Shown in pieces: positions 11,847 to 24,524 of a DNA stretch of 64,000 nt. The stretch is from Ginglymostoma cirratum (Eukaryota). Numbering within the stretch: position 1 is the stretch's first letter; the number at the start of each line of letters is the position of its first letter. Under the pieces are notes generated by a model. That model made no database searches. It saw only the letters and a program-made list of their open reading frames with translations, and was not told the DNA's origin. A program made the translations under genes and the position numbers. The stretch covers positions 186,001 through 250,000 of the forward strand of contig JAHRHZ010000116.1 in the NCBI GenBank assembly GCA_024137785.1, read 5' to 3'.

Positions 11847-12404
11847 ACAGTGTTGATGTAAAAATGGTGATCGATAGTGCACATAAGAAGGGAAATTCCT
11901 TCAATAGGCTTTTATTTATTTTTAAAAAAAGCGATTGAGTAAATTTTACAAATACTAGTTGAAGGGGACATACGATTTGAAATAACGTAATATTATTTCA
12001 GCAATCAGCATCACCTCCTCGTAGAATGTTATGGCTTGGTATGATTTTTGCGGAAGGTCCCTCCGACTGTTACTGTGCTCGCAAAAAATATTGCTTCTGC
12101 TTTTTGTCGTGAGTGCGCCCGCTGGTAGACACTACTGGAAATCTCAGAGTGGGTTTTTGGGCATGATCCAAATATTCTTCCGTCACTGCAGGCTTCATGG
12201 CAACGAACAACACGCCCAATAAAATTAAGAAACATTTCTTTTTTAGTATAAATGTGTAGAGAAATTATTTTATAAATCGAAAGATCCTCTCAATCTGTTG
12301 AGATTAAGAATTCAATTGATTACCGATCCTGAAGCGATTAAAGGACAACATCATCACATCATGCACAGACCACAAAACCTGAATATAGAAAATAAAAGGT
12401 CCTC

Positions 12405-12875
12405 CATGGCAATCTTCAAGAACAGTGTCCTGCAAGAATGCGTGCTCTGCCCTTACTGTACTTCGTGCACATCATGAATGTATGTCTTGACGACATCTAT
12501 AAGGTCACTAATGACACCACCGTTCCTGGCCGGATTTCAAACAATGATGAGGCACATTTCAACAAAGAGATAAACTGCTTGATGGAGACCTGTAAAGATA
12601 ATGAACGGACCCTCAATGTCAGCAGAACGAAAGAGGTCGGCATTAGCTTCAGGAGTCAAGGGGAATTACATGCCTTTCCCTGCTGCAATGGAGCTGAGAT
12701 GGAGAACGTCGAGAACCTCATGTTCCAACGTGTTACAATCATCAACAACCTGCCCTTGTCGGCAGACGTTGATGCGACAGTCAGGAAAACAAAATAACAC
12801 CTCTGCTTCGCCGAGAAACAAGGGAAATTCGTCAAGTCATTAAAGACACTGAACAATATTCATAGATGCATCATG
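12405..12875 (+). mobile_element. Rex1/Babar-type LINE RT fragment
   Basis: DTTVPGRISNNDE..CKDNERTLNVSRTKE..TIINNL is typical of the RT 3' half. Confidence 0.75.
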
Positions 12876-13770
12876 TTGCTTCTTGTTCTCTCTTCTCCAG
12901 GCGGTACACATAGACTAATTCATATTGATGACCTTTTTTATGCCCACCCTAATTTTGTGTGTGAATTTATGCCATTATGCACTGGTGTCCTACCTCTGAC
13001 TTAACCCTCAATGATCTTTCCAGGCTGCCTGCGCAGTGGCGTCTGGTCTCCATAAGAGGTAGGTATTGTATCACTTTCATCATTATAGAAATAGGCAGAG
13101 AGCAATTAGAGAACTCTAACTGCCCAGTAGAAGGTGCTGAGCTGGCTTATTGAATGCCTAGTCTACTGGATGTGCTTGGCTACCCATTTCATTGTTAGAA
13201 AGCGAGGACCAGGGTCTTGACCATGTGATGGAGAAAGAATGTGATATAGGTCCAAGTTACAATGGTGCATGAAGTTGTAATAAGTGGCATTCCCAATGCA
13301 TAGACTACCTTTGTATCTGTCGGTGATATAGACAGTGACACTTTTTTTTAGTTGGTGAAGACGAGATGATATACGACAACGCATTTTGTGGGTGGGCCAC
13401 AAATCTGCCACTGTGCATCAGTGATGACACAGTGAATGTGGAATATGATAGTTTAGGTGCCATTCCAGCATGGATGTGTTTTTTTTTTCTGCATTTCATG
13501 TATCTAATCACTTTTTACAGTCTACCTGTATGTCCCTTTTAAATATTAATTCATTCACGGGATCAGAACATCACTAGTTATTGCAGCATTTATTGACATA
13601 AGCTATAAATCACAATGGAGGAAGAAGAATGGCCTTTTTAACGTCATTTACATTTAATTAACAGTTACACAATCGAGTTATTTCAACAAACGTTTTCTAA
13701 AAGCAGATTATTTGATATCATCCCAACATCCCAACTGTCTATTTCCTGTCGGTTAAATGTTCCTAGATTT

Positions 13771-13787
13771 CTCGCCAGAGGGCGCTG
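13771..13787 (+). promoter_or_regulatory. CTCF-like motif
   Basis: CTCGCCAGAGGGCGCTG matches the CTCF core consensus. The paralog at 62347-62363 has one substitution. Confidence 0.5.
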
Positions 13788-13833
13788 TAATCTCACTACT
13801 TGAACTCTTTATAGCATCCTCTTCTTGTCGACT

Positions 13834-14262
13834 GTGCCATCTTCACCACTCGCCTTTTTATTATTTTTTGTGTCAACTGCAAACTTGACGAAGTATATTC
13901 TCGTTTGGCAGGATTTGTGTCAATGTGCATCTTTGCTGTCTCGCAAATCAGACTCACAGTTGGACAGAAACTGTTCCATAGATTCTATTTCAAAATTTCA
14001 TGGATAGAGTTTGGGCGCAGATGGCAATGCTGGCATCTATATCCGATACTTCTTGAAAATGTAGCCGTGAGCTCTCTCCTTCTGTCATTGCAGCATATCT
14101 GTTTAAATATAATTTTTACAATTGTTATGGCACAAACTAAAATTAAACAAACTGTGTTTGCTATGAATCTTACCACTAAATGCAGTAAAAACACGAATCC
14201 CCTGTACTATTTAAGAAATTGAAAATATTGTTTTTATTTAGCTCCGACTTATTGCCACCCTT
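13834..14262 (+). pseudogene. Decayed V-like relic (paralog 62415-62855)
   Basis: Leader-like GTG-PSSPLAFLLFFVS, acceptor TTGGCAG. The FR3 remnant is clearer in the paralog (LRN*KYNFSLSHHC, matching LxxxDSxxYYC spacing). Confidence 0.35.
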
Positions 14263-14696
14263 CATGGACTTAAGGGAGCTCTCATAATCAGACAAATGTT
14301 CTGCTAGTCAGAGAACTCCTGCTCTGATACTTGAAAAGTATGAATTGCTTTCCTTCCCTGATTTTGCCCACAACCAACATTTTTTTTAAAAAAAGTTGTA
14401 TAATATCAACATTTGTTTATTCTGTGCAGAAAACCATGTTGGCTGATGAGTGACTTAATTTTTGTCATTTTTGCTGCGACTGTCCGAAGAGGAATCCAAA
14501 GGACCCTCAAGCTAATTGGCTGAACTAAAGGACAACGGAGGTCGAAACACATTGGCTGGCATCAGATGTCTTCGGTAACAATGAACCAATGATTCAAGGT
14601 CCGGAAGTTGCTCATCATTTTTTTTTCCAACAATTGATTGAAATGATTTCAGCTTGGACTCGCTCAGATCATATTCAGCGTGATCTCCCTGTTACA

Positions 14697-15550
14697 ATGT
14701 TTCCAGGACCATTACATTTATTCCTCACAGCTGCGGCTTCTCTACCAGGTAGACTGATAAATTGTGGATCTTTCTGTTTCTGATCATCAGTAGAAATTAC
14801 ACTTAATCGATCAGTTCCGTCAAAACACAAGCAGCAATACAGTCGCCCCAACTGAAAACAATCACCTGGATTTAACACCCAGCATGTTCAGGGGTAGTTA
14901 GCGAACGTCCTCAAGTAGATGATAGCAGAAGTGTTTGGCTGGCAATCTAGCCAGGACTGAGGCCATTAAGATGCAGTGACAGGAACGGGAGCTTTCAACT
15001 CACTGGCTTAAACAGTTTTACTTTCTAGTTACAGAGATGAAATTTGAAATGACTTCAGGAGAAGATATGACATGTTTATAAATGAAGTATTATTTAGTCT
15101 GTCGAAGCTCTTTCCCGTTCCGTCTGCTGAATTGCTAAAAATGGCTTCTTGCTTAGCTTCCCTGATTACTTTTTCAGGTTGCTGTGTCTTAGCTTCCTTC
15201 ATTTGTTTTTTGGGTTGCTGACATTTTCCAGAAACTGACCTTTCTTATCAACTCTCGTGTTATTGTTCAATTTGACGGGCCAAATCTGGGCGATAAAAAA
15301 AAAATTAAATTTCCTACTACTCCTGCTTGTTTTTTACAGTACTTTTTCGTGGAGATTCCATCTGACAGACATCGGCTTCAATCCCAGAGCACGAGAGTGA
15401 TGATGTTCAGCTGTTCTGTAATTGCACTACAACAAGCAACACTCCTTATCTTTTCTGGTACTATGAACGTTTAAACGTCTCCATGGAATTTCTACTATCC
15501 AGAAACCAATGCCGTGAGAACACAGAGAGATGTCCATTGGTTCGTGAAAC
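14697..15550 (+). pseudogene. TRAV/TRDV-like V pseudogene, family E, 3'-truncated
   Basis: Leader 14697-14748 MFPGPLHLFLTAAASLP|GT. Exon from 15340 reads GDSI*QTSASI..VQLFCNCTTTSNTPYLFWYYERLN..EFLL. No FR3 end or RSS found. CCAAT and an ETS site (CCGGAAGT at 14601) lie upstream. Confidence 0.82.
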
Positions 15551-17411
15551 AACGATCTGTCACACGATTCTAAGAATGAAACACGCGAACAACATGAATA
15601 ACATCAAGCATATTGCATCTTAATAATGCCCCTTATCTGCATGTTCGAATCTCCCGAACAGCAAGTGATAGATTCACTGATCAGTGATGATTTAGACTTG
15701 TTTTTATATAATAACGTTAAAATAGAATGTAACTCATAGCTGAAGAAAGCTAATCCCTGAAGATAATCAGTGGAGGCTGACTGATGATCCATAGCCGGCG
15801 GTGAGATTCTCAGTCACATGCAGTTTCTGCTGTTGGGCTAGATGGAAGTGAAAATTCCTCAGTTTTAAAATAAAATCATTAATTCCTTGCCAGTGGCTCA
15901 CATTTGGTATGTTAATTGTGTAAGTGTACCTTCTCCTCCTCTGGCGATATTTGATAGAAACTGAATCTATTTGTGACTCCAAATTGCCTTGGAGAAAGAG
16001 AAGTTGATCTGCCTCTTGGAGTGCTGGGCTCGTTGGGATGCTGGGACAGTGACAGTGCTGTTAGTAAGGGAGTTCCGGGATTTTCACACAATGGCTGAAA
16101 GAATACATGAAGTTCAAAATCAGGATGGTGGCTGATTTGGAAGGGAAGTTTACACAAGATATGTATTCCCGAAGCTCCGGATTTTCAATTCTGTTTGCTT
16201 TTTCTTTATCTTGGTTAAATACTTATCTTGAACACCATTAGTATAACCATCGTGACATTGTTATCAGTGATTCCAGTTGGTTTCCCTTGTCTATCAATGA
16301 ACGTATTAACTGACACTGATAGCCCACTTTGTCAGAGTGATCCATACATGCCCTATGTTATAACAGAAACGTATGTGGTTTCTGAACAGACGATTAGAGA
16401 AAACGAACTTTCCTTTTAAATCGAACTGAATTTCTAGTACAGATCTGAACATTGTTTGCATCTAAAATAGTGTTTTAGTTCTACCTGCTGAGCTTTATCT
16501 TCTTTCTGCCCGAAAGGAATGCAGTTAATGATCCCTAGTCTTCAGATTTTGGATTTGCAGTGAGTGAGGAGAGAGCTCAGAATTGTTACCTTTCCAACAT
16601 TTACTTCGCTTTCTTTTTTTTCACCAGGAATAGAGAAACTGGAGAGGATCAAAATATCCCAGGGGCAAGTATGAACAGTTCCACATAATTCCACACTGTT
16701 AACACCCTTTAAAAAAGCAAACATTGCAGTTAAATCAGTTTCTGTATTAATTATTTTTATCAGTGGTGTCTAACTATTCCTGTCATTGGCTGAGGGATAT
16801 TTTGTTAATTCCCATCCACTGTACCCAGACATTGCAGAAATTCCGCAACCTCTTCCGTGATTGTATTTCTAAACTCAAGTTTTAAAGGAACACTGCACAA
16901 TGACTTGATAGGGGAAAATACACCGCTAAGAGCCGGTCAACAAAACATTGAAGCATTGAGTGGACGGAGATCTCCTCACGCAGGATCTAATTCATTTGAT
17001 AATGCAGCAGCTGGAATATCAACACTTAAACATTCCACAAAGCAATCATCACGTTTGAATGATCTGACTGAGAAATAATGTTTAAATTTACCCGCCCAAT
17101 TTTGGAAAGGAATAACAACGAACAGCCAGCGCAAATATATGAATATATCTCCTGACAAATGTGAACAGTATGAGGCGGATAACGTCCAGTCTCCTCGACG
17201 TGCTATTTAACTCTTGTCTGCAGTGATTATTGCTTTTTGAAACTTTACCTAGTACCCCTCTTTGATTAGTTGCGATCAATTAAGTCGTGGCAAATTTTGA
17301 TAATCTCTGAGGCAACCGTTTGTACTCATTTAACGTAGTGAAATAAGAACAGCAAATCTTCATATCATTCTGTGAATAAGTTCACAAATGAAATGATCAA
17401 ATAATGTCGTG

Positions 17412-17515
17412 AAATAAAAACAGGAACAACTGCAGAACCTCAGCAGGTCTGGCAGCATCTGTACAGAGTGAAACAGCATGAACAATTCCCGACCAATGTG
17501 ACCATCCTTCAGAAC
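17412..17515 (-). mobile_element. Short Penelope-associated repeat unit (degenerate hammerhead-like)
   Basis: CTCAGCAGGTCTGGCAGCATCTG..TGACCATCCTTCAGAAC. Same family as 26555-26598 / 27389-27460. Confidence 0.5.
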
Positions 17516-17644
17516 TGAAGGTAATAATCAGTTTTTGTTTGAACAATGTCTTCTCAATTTTATCTTTAAAATATTTACAGAATGCTCAGTTAATGCCAGT
17601 GTTCCCAGCGCAGCTGAGGGACATGGCTGAAAATCAATTCTACA

Positions 17645-18135
17645 ATAAGAACATAAGAATTGGCTGATCTTCTTGTGGGCTCAGATCCAATTACTCACCC
17701 GCTCACAAAAACCCTCAATTATTTTATTGTTCAAAAATATATCGATCTCCGTGCTTCAAATAATTCAACGAGGCAGCTTCAACTGCTTCACTAAGCAGCA
17801 TATACTACAGTTTCAAAATCCTTTGGGTGAAGATGTTCCTCCTCAACTCAGTCCCAAATCTGCTCCCCCTTTCTTGGAGCCTATGCTTCCTAGTTTTAGT
17901 TGTACTTAGTTGTAACTAGTTTTAGTTGTAACACGTCCACGAATCTATTTCATCTATTACTTTGATAATATGATATGTTTCTATAAGATCCAGCATACCC
18001 GTCTCCCCCAACCCCAAATCTTCAAAATTTCAACGAATGTGTTCGCAGTCTACCCAATCTGTCAACCCCAGAATAATCTTTTTGAACCCCTTCTACACTA
18101 ATTAAAGTGCCAGCACATCCTTTCTCAAGAAACAA
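17645..18135 (-). mobile_element. CR1 LINE 3' fragment
   Basis: ATAAGAACATAAGAA tail and decayed RT C-terminus (LRKDVLAL). Confidence 0.6.
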
Positions 18136-18397
18136 CGGAATTCCTCATATTTATTCAATGCTCCTAAATCGCTCTGCGTTTGCATGAGTAAGAGGAGCTG
18201 ATATTTTCGTTTATTGTGGAATGTGTCCCAAGCTTGGCCTCCTCCGTCATCTTTTATTGAATTATTCTGTTCTTTCTTGATTCCCGATCCAGGTACTACA
18301 AAACACAAGTTTCCAGAAGACAATACACAGTGGAAGTTTTCAGAAAATTTGATTCTTCATTTCTTGATTTTCATCACCATCTCACTCTGTGTTAATA

Positions 18398-19178
18398 TGA
18401 GATTTTATTAAGATAGCATCCTATTGATTTCCATATTCTCTATATATAATAGTCTTTATCTGCTTACACAGAGGTATGCAGGCACTGCTTTAAAACTTCC
18501 TGCCCAACTAGATTTAACTGTAAAACTTTGTAAATCCTCATCTTCCATTTCATAAGTAGAAAAAACACTGCCTTAAGCTTCCTGCCTGAATAGAATTAGG
18601 TATAAATTTTGTAAATATTTATTTTCCTGCACAGCGGTATGTGGAAGCTGTCTCAAATAAGATCAGGTGGCAACGTTTGTAAAGGTGTGAGGCTTCTGAA
18701 ATCCTGTAAAGAATGCAGCTTCTGTTTCTGCTAAAGGGGCCAGGACACTGACCTTTGTTCAAGACAGACACTTAGGCAGCTTGAAATCACATCTGTCGCT
18801 GCAGCAACTTGAAATCGCCTCCTGCCGTGAGCAGTCACTTTACGAACGATCGATACTGTATCCTGCTTTCTTTATGTTTTCGATGTAGTAATTGTTTGTG
18901 TTATCATGTCATTGTCCGATGTAGTGATTGTTTCATGTAACATGCCATTGTGAGATGTAAAATTGCTTTATGTATTATGCACTCGATAAGGTATAAAAAG
19001 TGAGAACTATCCGCTGCTCGGGAGAATCGCTTACGAGACTCTGCACTCGGTGCCGGGTTGAGCACAGTGATCCTCCACAGCTTGTACTTGCTTGGTAATA
19101 AAGGATTTATGTTTTCCAAACAGGTCAGTGTCTTGTTATTGCATCAAGTACGTGAGCGTCTCCAAAAATAACCAAGCA
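18398..19178 (+). repeat. ERV 5' LTR
   Basis: TGAGAT..AAGCA. Contains a TATAAAA box, AATAAA and an internal ~85-bp duplicated U3 unit; homologous to 23319-24103. Confidence 0.93.
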
Positions 19179-19180
19179 TT

Positions 19181-19198
19181 TGACGCTGCGAGCAGGGT
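19181..19198 (+). promoter_or_regulatory. Primer-binding site, tRNA-Ser-like
   Basis: TGACGCTGCGAGCAGGGT lies 2 nt after the LTR and is nearly complementary to vertebrate tRNA-Ser 3' ends (..ACCCTGCTCGC(T/A)GCG-CCA). Confidence 0.7.
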
Positions 19199-19629
19199 TC
19201 CAACATGTACAGCAGTCTTCCGTGGAGGACTGAATAAGTGATCGTTCGAGTGTCGGTGGAGTGAGACGGACGGGCCCGCAAGGTACGATTCACCTTGGTC
19301 TCTCTCACTAACCTGCCGCCCGTGCGACCCCTCGCCCCTGCGTGGCTCTGTACTGATGGAACCCCGAGACGGCTCACGGTCTTGAACACTGCTAAATCCT
19401 AACGCCTGGAGGTTCGAGTCCCCAGGTTAGTAAAGAAAAATCCGGGAGTTGAGAGAACCCTGGTGGCCGGGGTTAGACCCCCAGGTGAGGTGAAATTGAC
19501 GGAGTAAGTCGTGGGAGGGGGGGTTAGTATAAGATTGGTAAAGTTGAATAAGTGTTCAGATGTAGGTATAGGATAGTTACACTGTCTGTCTGTCTCAACA
19601 ACACTGCTTTAGACCGGTTGTTAAGAGGG

Positions 19630-21930
19630 GAAATCCCTAAACTTTGCTTACTAAACTATTGATTCCTTTGGATTCTTGTAAAGCACCAAAAACCTTCACC
19701 CTGTCTAACGAGCCAACAGTCAGCCTTTACAAAACTAAAAGCAGCCCTTGCTGCCGCCCCAGTTTTGGGAAGATCTTTATATGACAGACCTTTCCAGTTA
19801 TATGTTAATATTCTGGATGGGTGCGCTACTGGGGTATTGACACATACTCACGGAGATGGCAAACGACCGGTTTCCCACTACTCTACCCGCCTGGACTCTC
19901 TAGCTCGGGGCTTACCCCTTTGATTTCAGGTTCTTCGTGTGATTTATTCTTTAGTCACTGCGACCTCTAATTTTACTCTCCACCAGCCTCTTACTGTCTA
20001 TACCTCACATGCCATTGTAGCCGTCCTCACCTCCCACCAGACTCAACACCTTACCCAGACACGTTTAAGCTGCTAAGAATTCGCACTCCTTACCAATTCC
20101 CTCTTAACATTCTCTTTCTGCTCCACTATTCACCGAGCCACGTTTTTGAGCGGCCCCCAGATGAGTTCTTAGAACCCCCGCATGACTGCTTACTAAGGAA
20201 CCAATTTCTAACCTCTCCCCGCCTGGACCTTACTGACGTCCCACTCCCTTCTGCGGACCTTATCCTGTTTGTTGATGGCAGTTCCTCCATGTCCCCCTTG
20301 GGTACCCGCCTCTCTGGATACGCGACTGTCGATGCTGCCTCCACATTAGAATTTGAGCCCCCGGGGTCTGCTCAGAAAGCAGAACTTTTAGCCCTTACCC
20401 GTGCTTGCATTCTAGCCTGAGGGAAGTCAGCAAATATTTACAATGACTCTCAGTATGCTTTTGGAGTCTCCCACGACTTTGGAGAGTTATGGTCTCAGCG
20501 TGGGTTTTTAACGTCCTCAGGTACACCATCCAGAATTCCCTGTTTGTTTAAAACCTTCTCCAGGAAATCCACCTCCTTAAACAATTGGCCATTATCAAAT
20601 GCGCTACTCATGCCTCCGATGATTCTATAGTTACTCTGGGCAACACTCGTGCTGATCAGGCTGCCAAACGGGCTGCTGCAGATCAAACTTTTATTGTGCC
20701 CTCTGTGAACAAGCAGGCGGTAAATCGAACGCCTTCTTCGGACAAGACGGGCATGCCAGATATAATCACTGTACAGCACTTACAGCGGAATTCCCCTGCT
20801 TCTGAAAAGGATATTTGGAAGGCGCATGGATGTTTGCATTCTGCGTCGTCAGACCTTTGGCTTATCCCAATCGGCCACGTGTGTACACTTGATGCTTTGT
20901 TACCAATGCTTGTTGACTGCCTGCATTCTGACATCCACCTTGGCAAGTAGGGTATGAGTGGTATTATACTCCGTATCTGGTGGCACTCCAGACTGGCTGA
21001 GGCAGCCCAGTCTCGTGTAGCATCATCTCTAACATGCCAACAAAACAATGTTGGTCAGGAGGTGAGATGCTCACCAGGAAAAGCACCCTTGTCAGGTCGA
21101 CGTTTGAATGCATTCAGCTAGATTTTATTGAATTACCGCGTGTAAATAGTTATAAGTATTGTCTTGTCATTGTAGATGTATTCAGTAGCTGGATAGAGGC
21201 TTTTCTAACGAGAAATAACAAAGCCTCAACAGTAGTAAAATTATTATTAACTGAAATAATACCGAGGTTAGGAGTGCCTCGACAAATTAGTTCGGACAGT
21301 GGCCCTCACTTTATAGGAAAGATTAATAAGGAACTGTGTGATGCGTTACGCATCCAGCAACAATTCCACTGTGCATACCACCCCCGGGCAGCAGGGATAG
21401 TGGAAAGAGCTAACGGGACACTCAAAGCGAAATTGACCAAGTTGACCTTAGAGACTGGCCTTAGCTGGTTAAAAGTTTTGCCCCTAGCTTTGTCCCACAT
21501 GCGAATAACACCCCATTCTACTACTGGACTCTCGGCAGCAGAAATAGTCTATGGCCGACCCAGCAGAACACTCTGGGATGCCGATAGCAGCCCTCCCAAC
21601 AAAATTGACTTGAATGTGATGGGATAAGAAATGCAAAAGTACTTCTGGCAACGAACATCGTTTCTAAAGTTTCTCCATTCATAGGTGAAGTGCGCCTACG
21701 GACCACTTCTGCAGACACCAGGCCAAGACCTTTAGGACCAGGATCGTTCTTCGTGGCCACAGATCAGAGATTTCGTACTTGTCCGAGACTAGGATCTCCC
21801 TAAGCTCGGACCAAGGTGGAAAGGGCCATTTGGTGCTTCTTCAAACTCCGGCAGGTGTTAAAGTTAAAGGGCCGAGATGCTGGGTCCACCTAAGTGACTG
21901 CAAACGATGGATTACCTCATCAGCTTGCAA
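19630..21930 (+). pseudogene. pol: Retroviral pol remnant: RT thumb/connection, RNase H, integrase
   Basis: RNase H: LFVDGSS..SAQKAELLAL..IYNDSQYAFG. Integrase D,D(35)E: IQLDFIEL..ISSDSGPHF..GIVERANG, plus C-terminal PRWKGPF. Contains stops and frameshifts; no YxDD seen. Confidence 0.92.
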
Positions 21931-21936
21931 TGAACC

Positions 21937-23290
21937 ATGGGACTGAGTATTATTCTGACCGTGCATGGCCAGCAGGACAAGCTGTTTTATCGAACACACA
22001 TCCAGCTGCATGGGAATCGGAAGCGTATTACCCCTAGCACCGTCTGTCGAGGCGTTATTCGTGGCAACACCAGGCTGGAACCCTAGGCAGCTCTATTAAG
22101 TAGAGTATTCCGGTAAACCTTGCCGAGGGGCGAGGGAAACTTGGACGAGAGGTGTGCAGGGTTGGTGTGTGGAATTGGTGGTTCATGGCCCCTCTGATTG
22201 TATAGGCACTAGACGTAGGCGTGGGAAGGAAAGGGTTAACTGTACAAGTCCCAAAATCTATCCGTTTTGCTTTATTGGAACTGGGATTTGTTGTGTGCAT
22301 GCTCTAATCACTAACCACCCCCATAATGTTTCCTGGCCTCACTGGTGCATAAAAAGAACTTGCACAACTGAAGGAGGACTGTTGAACTGCCCCTCTTTAG
22401 AATCTAAGCCGATAACTGTGACCCCGGGCATACAGTGGACTTGTGGGTATTGTAATGACACTTATGTAGAAACGGACTACGGGACGTTTCCGTTTATCTC
22501 CACAGACTTCCATTCGTATAAGGAACAGTCCTCCTGGAATAGCTATCAAGGAATACGTGAGTCTGTTACTTGCTACCGGGCTAAGAAGGGATTCTTTTTC
22601 CTTCTTAACAGGACCTTCACGACTGCCACTCCAACTTTGCCAGTGCTGTTTGCTGTTGGGATTATTGGGCCTCTTACGGTCCCTTGTCCCCAACGAGCAC
22701 AGACTCAACGGCGAATGGTCATACGCTTCCTGAGTCGGGAGTTTTGTGCTGCATGGCAGGATCCGACTGCCTTGGGCTCTTCCTTGGGTTACGGTTTCCT
22801 AGGAATTGTCAGCTTGGGAGCCTCCCCAGGTGTGGTGGCCGCAAAAAACCGGAATTACCTTACATGTAGACTCACCGCTCTGGGTAACAGCACAATGAAG
22901 GCATTGTAGGCAGTCAACGAAGAATTAGCCGAACTTCGGCTCGATGCTCAGCAAAACCGGTGTGCAGTGGACTATGAACTGGCTCAGCAAGGAGGAGTAT
23001 GTACTACTATAGACGACAAGTGCATTACCCATGTTATTGACGAGTCCTATAATATGACCCAGGCTTTTCAAGCCATACAGGGGCAGCTGGAACAGTACAG
23101 AGAGGGACGCCGACCTGATGAGGGCTTGTTGTGATGGCTTATGCGAGGTTCTTGTGGCTCATACCTGCTACATGGGTTAGTTATTCTAATAGTTATCACA
23201 GCTGTTTGCTGTATATTTCCGGTATGCCTGAACTCCCGCTGCAGACTTGGGTTTGACGGACCAGCAGCTCCCTTCTCGGCCCCAATATAG
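21937..23290 (+). pseudogene. env: Retroviral env remnant
   Basis: Cys-rich SU with CGYC, basic cleavage region RRMVIR, ISD-like QQNRCAVDYELAQQGGVC, CTTIDDKCI, and TM LLHGLVILIVITAVCCIF. Contains stops. Confidence 0.88.
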
Positions 23291-23318
23291 GTTATCATGA
23301 AATGATGAAAGGAGGGAA

Positions 23319-24103
23319 TGAGATGTTATTGGGATAACATCCCATTGATTTCTATATTCTCTATAAATTAATGCTCTTTTTCTGCTTACACAGAGGTATG
23401 CAGAAACTACCTTAAAACTTCATGCCCAACTAGAATTAGGTGTAAAACTTTGGAAATCTTTGTCTTCCTATACGTAAGTAGAAAAGACAATGCCTTAAGT
23501 TTTCTGCCTGGAAAGAATTAGGTGTAAACTTTGTAAATCTTTATTTTCCTGCGTAGGGGTATGTTGAAGCTGTCTCAAATAAGATTAGGTGGCAACGTTT
23601 GTAAAGGTGTGAGACTTCTGAAATCCTGTAAAGAATGTAACTTCTGTTTCTGATAAAGGGGCCAGGACACTGACCTTTGTTCAAGACAGACACTTCGGAA
23701 GCTTGAAATTACATTCTGTCACTTCAACAACTTGAAATCGCCTCCTGCCGTTAGCAGTCACTTTGAGAACAATCGCTACTGTATCCTGCTTTCTTTATGT
23801 TTTCGATGTAGTAATTGTTTGTGTTATCATGTCATTGTCCGATGTAGTGCTTGCTTCATGTAACATGCCATTGTGAGATGTAAAATTGCTTTATGTACTA
23901 TGCACTCGATAAGGTATGAAAAGTGGGGACTGTCCGCTGCTCGGGGAGAATCGCTTACGAGACTCTGCACTCTGCCAGGTTGAGTACAGTGATCCTCCAC
24001 AGCTTGTACTTACTTTGTAATAAAGGATTTATGTTTTTTCTAAACAGGTCAGTGTCTTGTTATTGCATCAAGTCCGTGTGTGTCTCCAAAAACGAACCTA
24101 ACA
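23319..24103 (+). repeat. ERV 3' LTR
   Basis: Preceded by polypurine tract GAAAGGAGGGAA; TGAGAT..CCTAACA. Confidence 0.93.
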
Positions 24104-24524
24104 AGTAGAGACACATCCTTACAAGATAGTGTCAATGCACAAATCTGAGAAGTGTACTTACGTGTCCTAGATCAAAACATTCCTATCAAAGATGAATACA
24201 TTTACTTAATTTCAAGAATCATCACTCCCACGATCCCACTGTCTGAGTGCTGATTTGTGACTTTTGCTGTTATCTCTTTCCCATTCACTTACTGGAAAAG
24301 AACAGATGGTGAAACAGAACATATTGTGCGTTAGTTTTTATGAACTGGACACGTGAAATTTGAAAACCTAAGGAAAGCATATTCAGTGACAATGACACTG
24401 CTTACAAAGAGAATCAGATAAAAATTTAAGGAAGTGGGATAGAGGTCACAGAATCATCATTTTCATATTAGCAGTAAGGGAATCTTCCTGAGAGATGAGG
24501 AATGTGAGTCTGTGGAAATTGAAC

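Larger units (their letters stand above)
5320..12230. repeat. Segmental duplication block B (inverted copy at ~31650-37445)
   Basis: Reverse-complement collinearity across four V segments, a SINE and intergenic DNA. The ORF-track peptides at 12029- and 31652+ are homologous (PKTHSEISSS..QRAHS). Confidence 0.9.
13535..15420 (+). repeat. Segmental duplication block C (direct copy at ~62110-64000)
   Basis: Collinear similarity including the CTCF-like motif, the V relic, the leader exon and the start of the V exon. Confidence 0.9.
18398..24103 (+). mobile_element. Endogenous retrovirus (gamma/epsilon-like class I); gag, protease and RT core deleted
   Basis: TG..CA LTRs at 18398-19178 and 23319-24103, PBS 19181-19198, PPT 23307-23318, pol and env remnants, flanks AATA / AGTA (4-bp TSD with one mismatch). 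Confidence 0.95.

Noticed and set aside
16839-17080. TRAC-like start IPQPLP*LY after an AG
   Set aside because: Similarity is limited to a few residues, with no downstream C-domain motifs.
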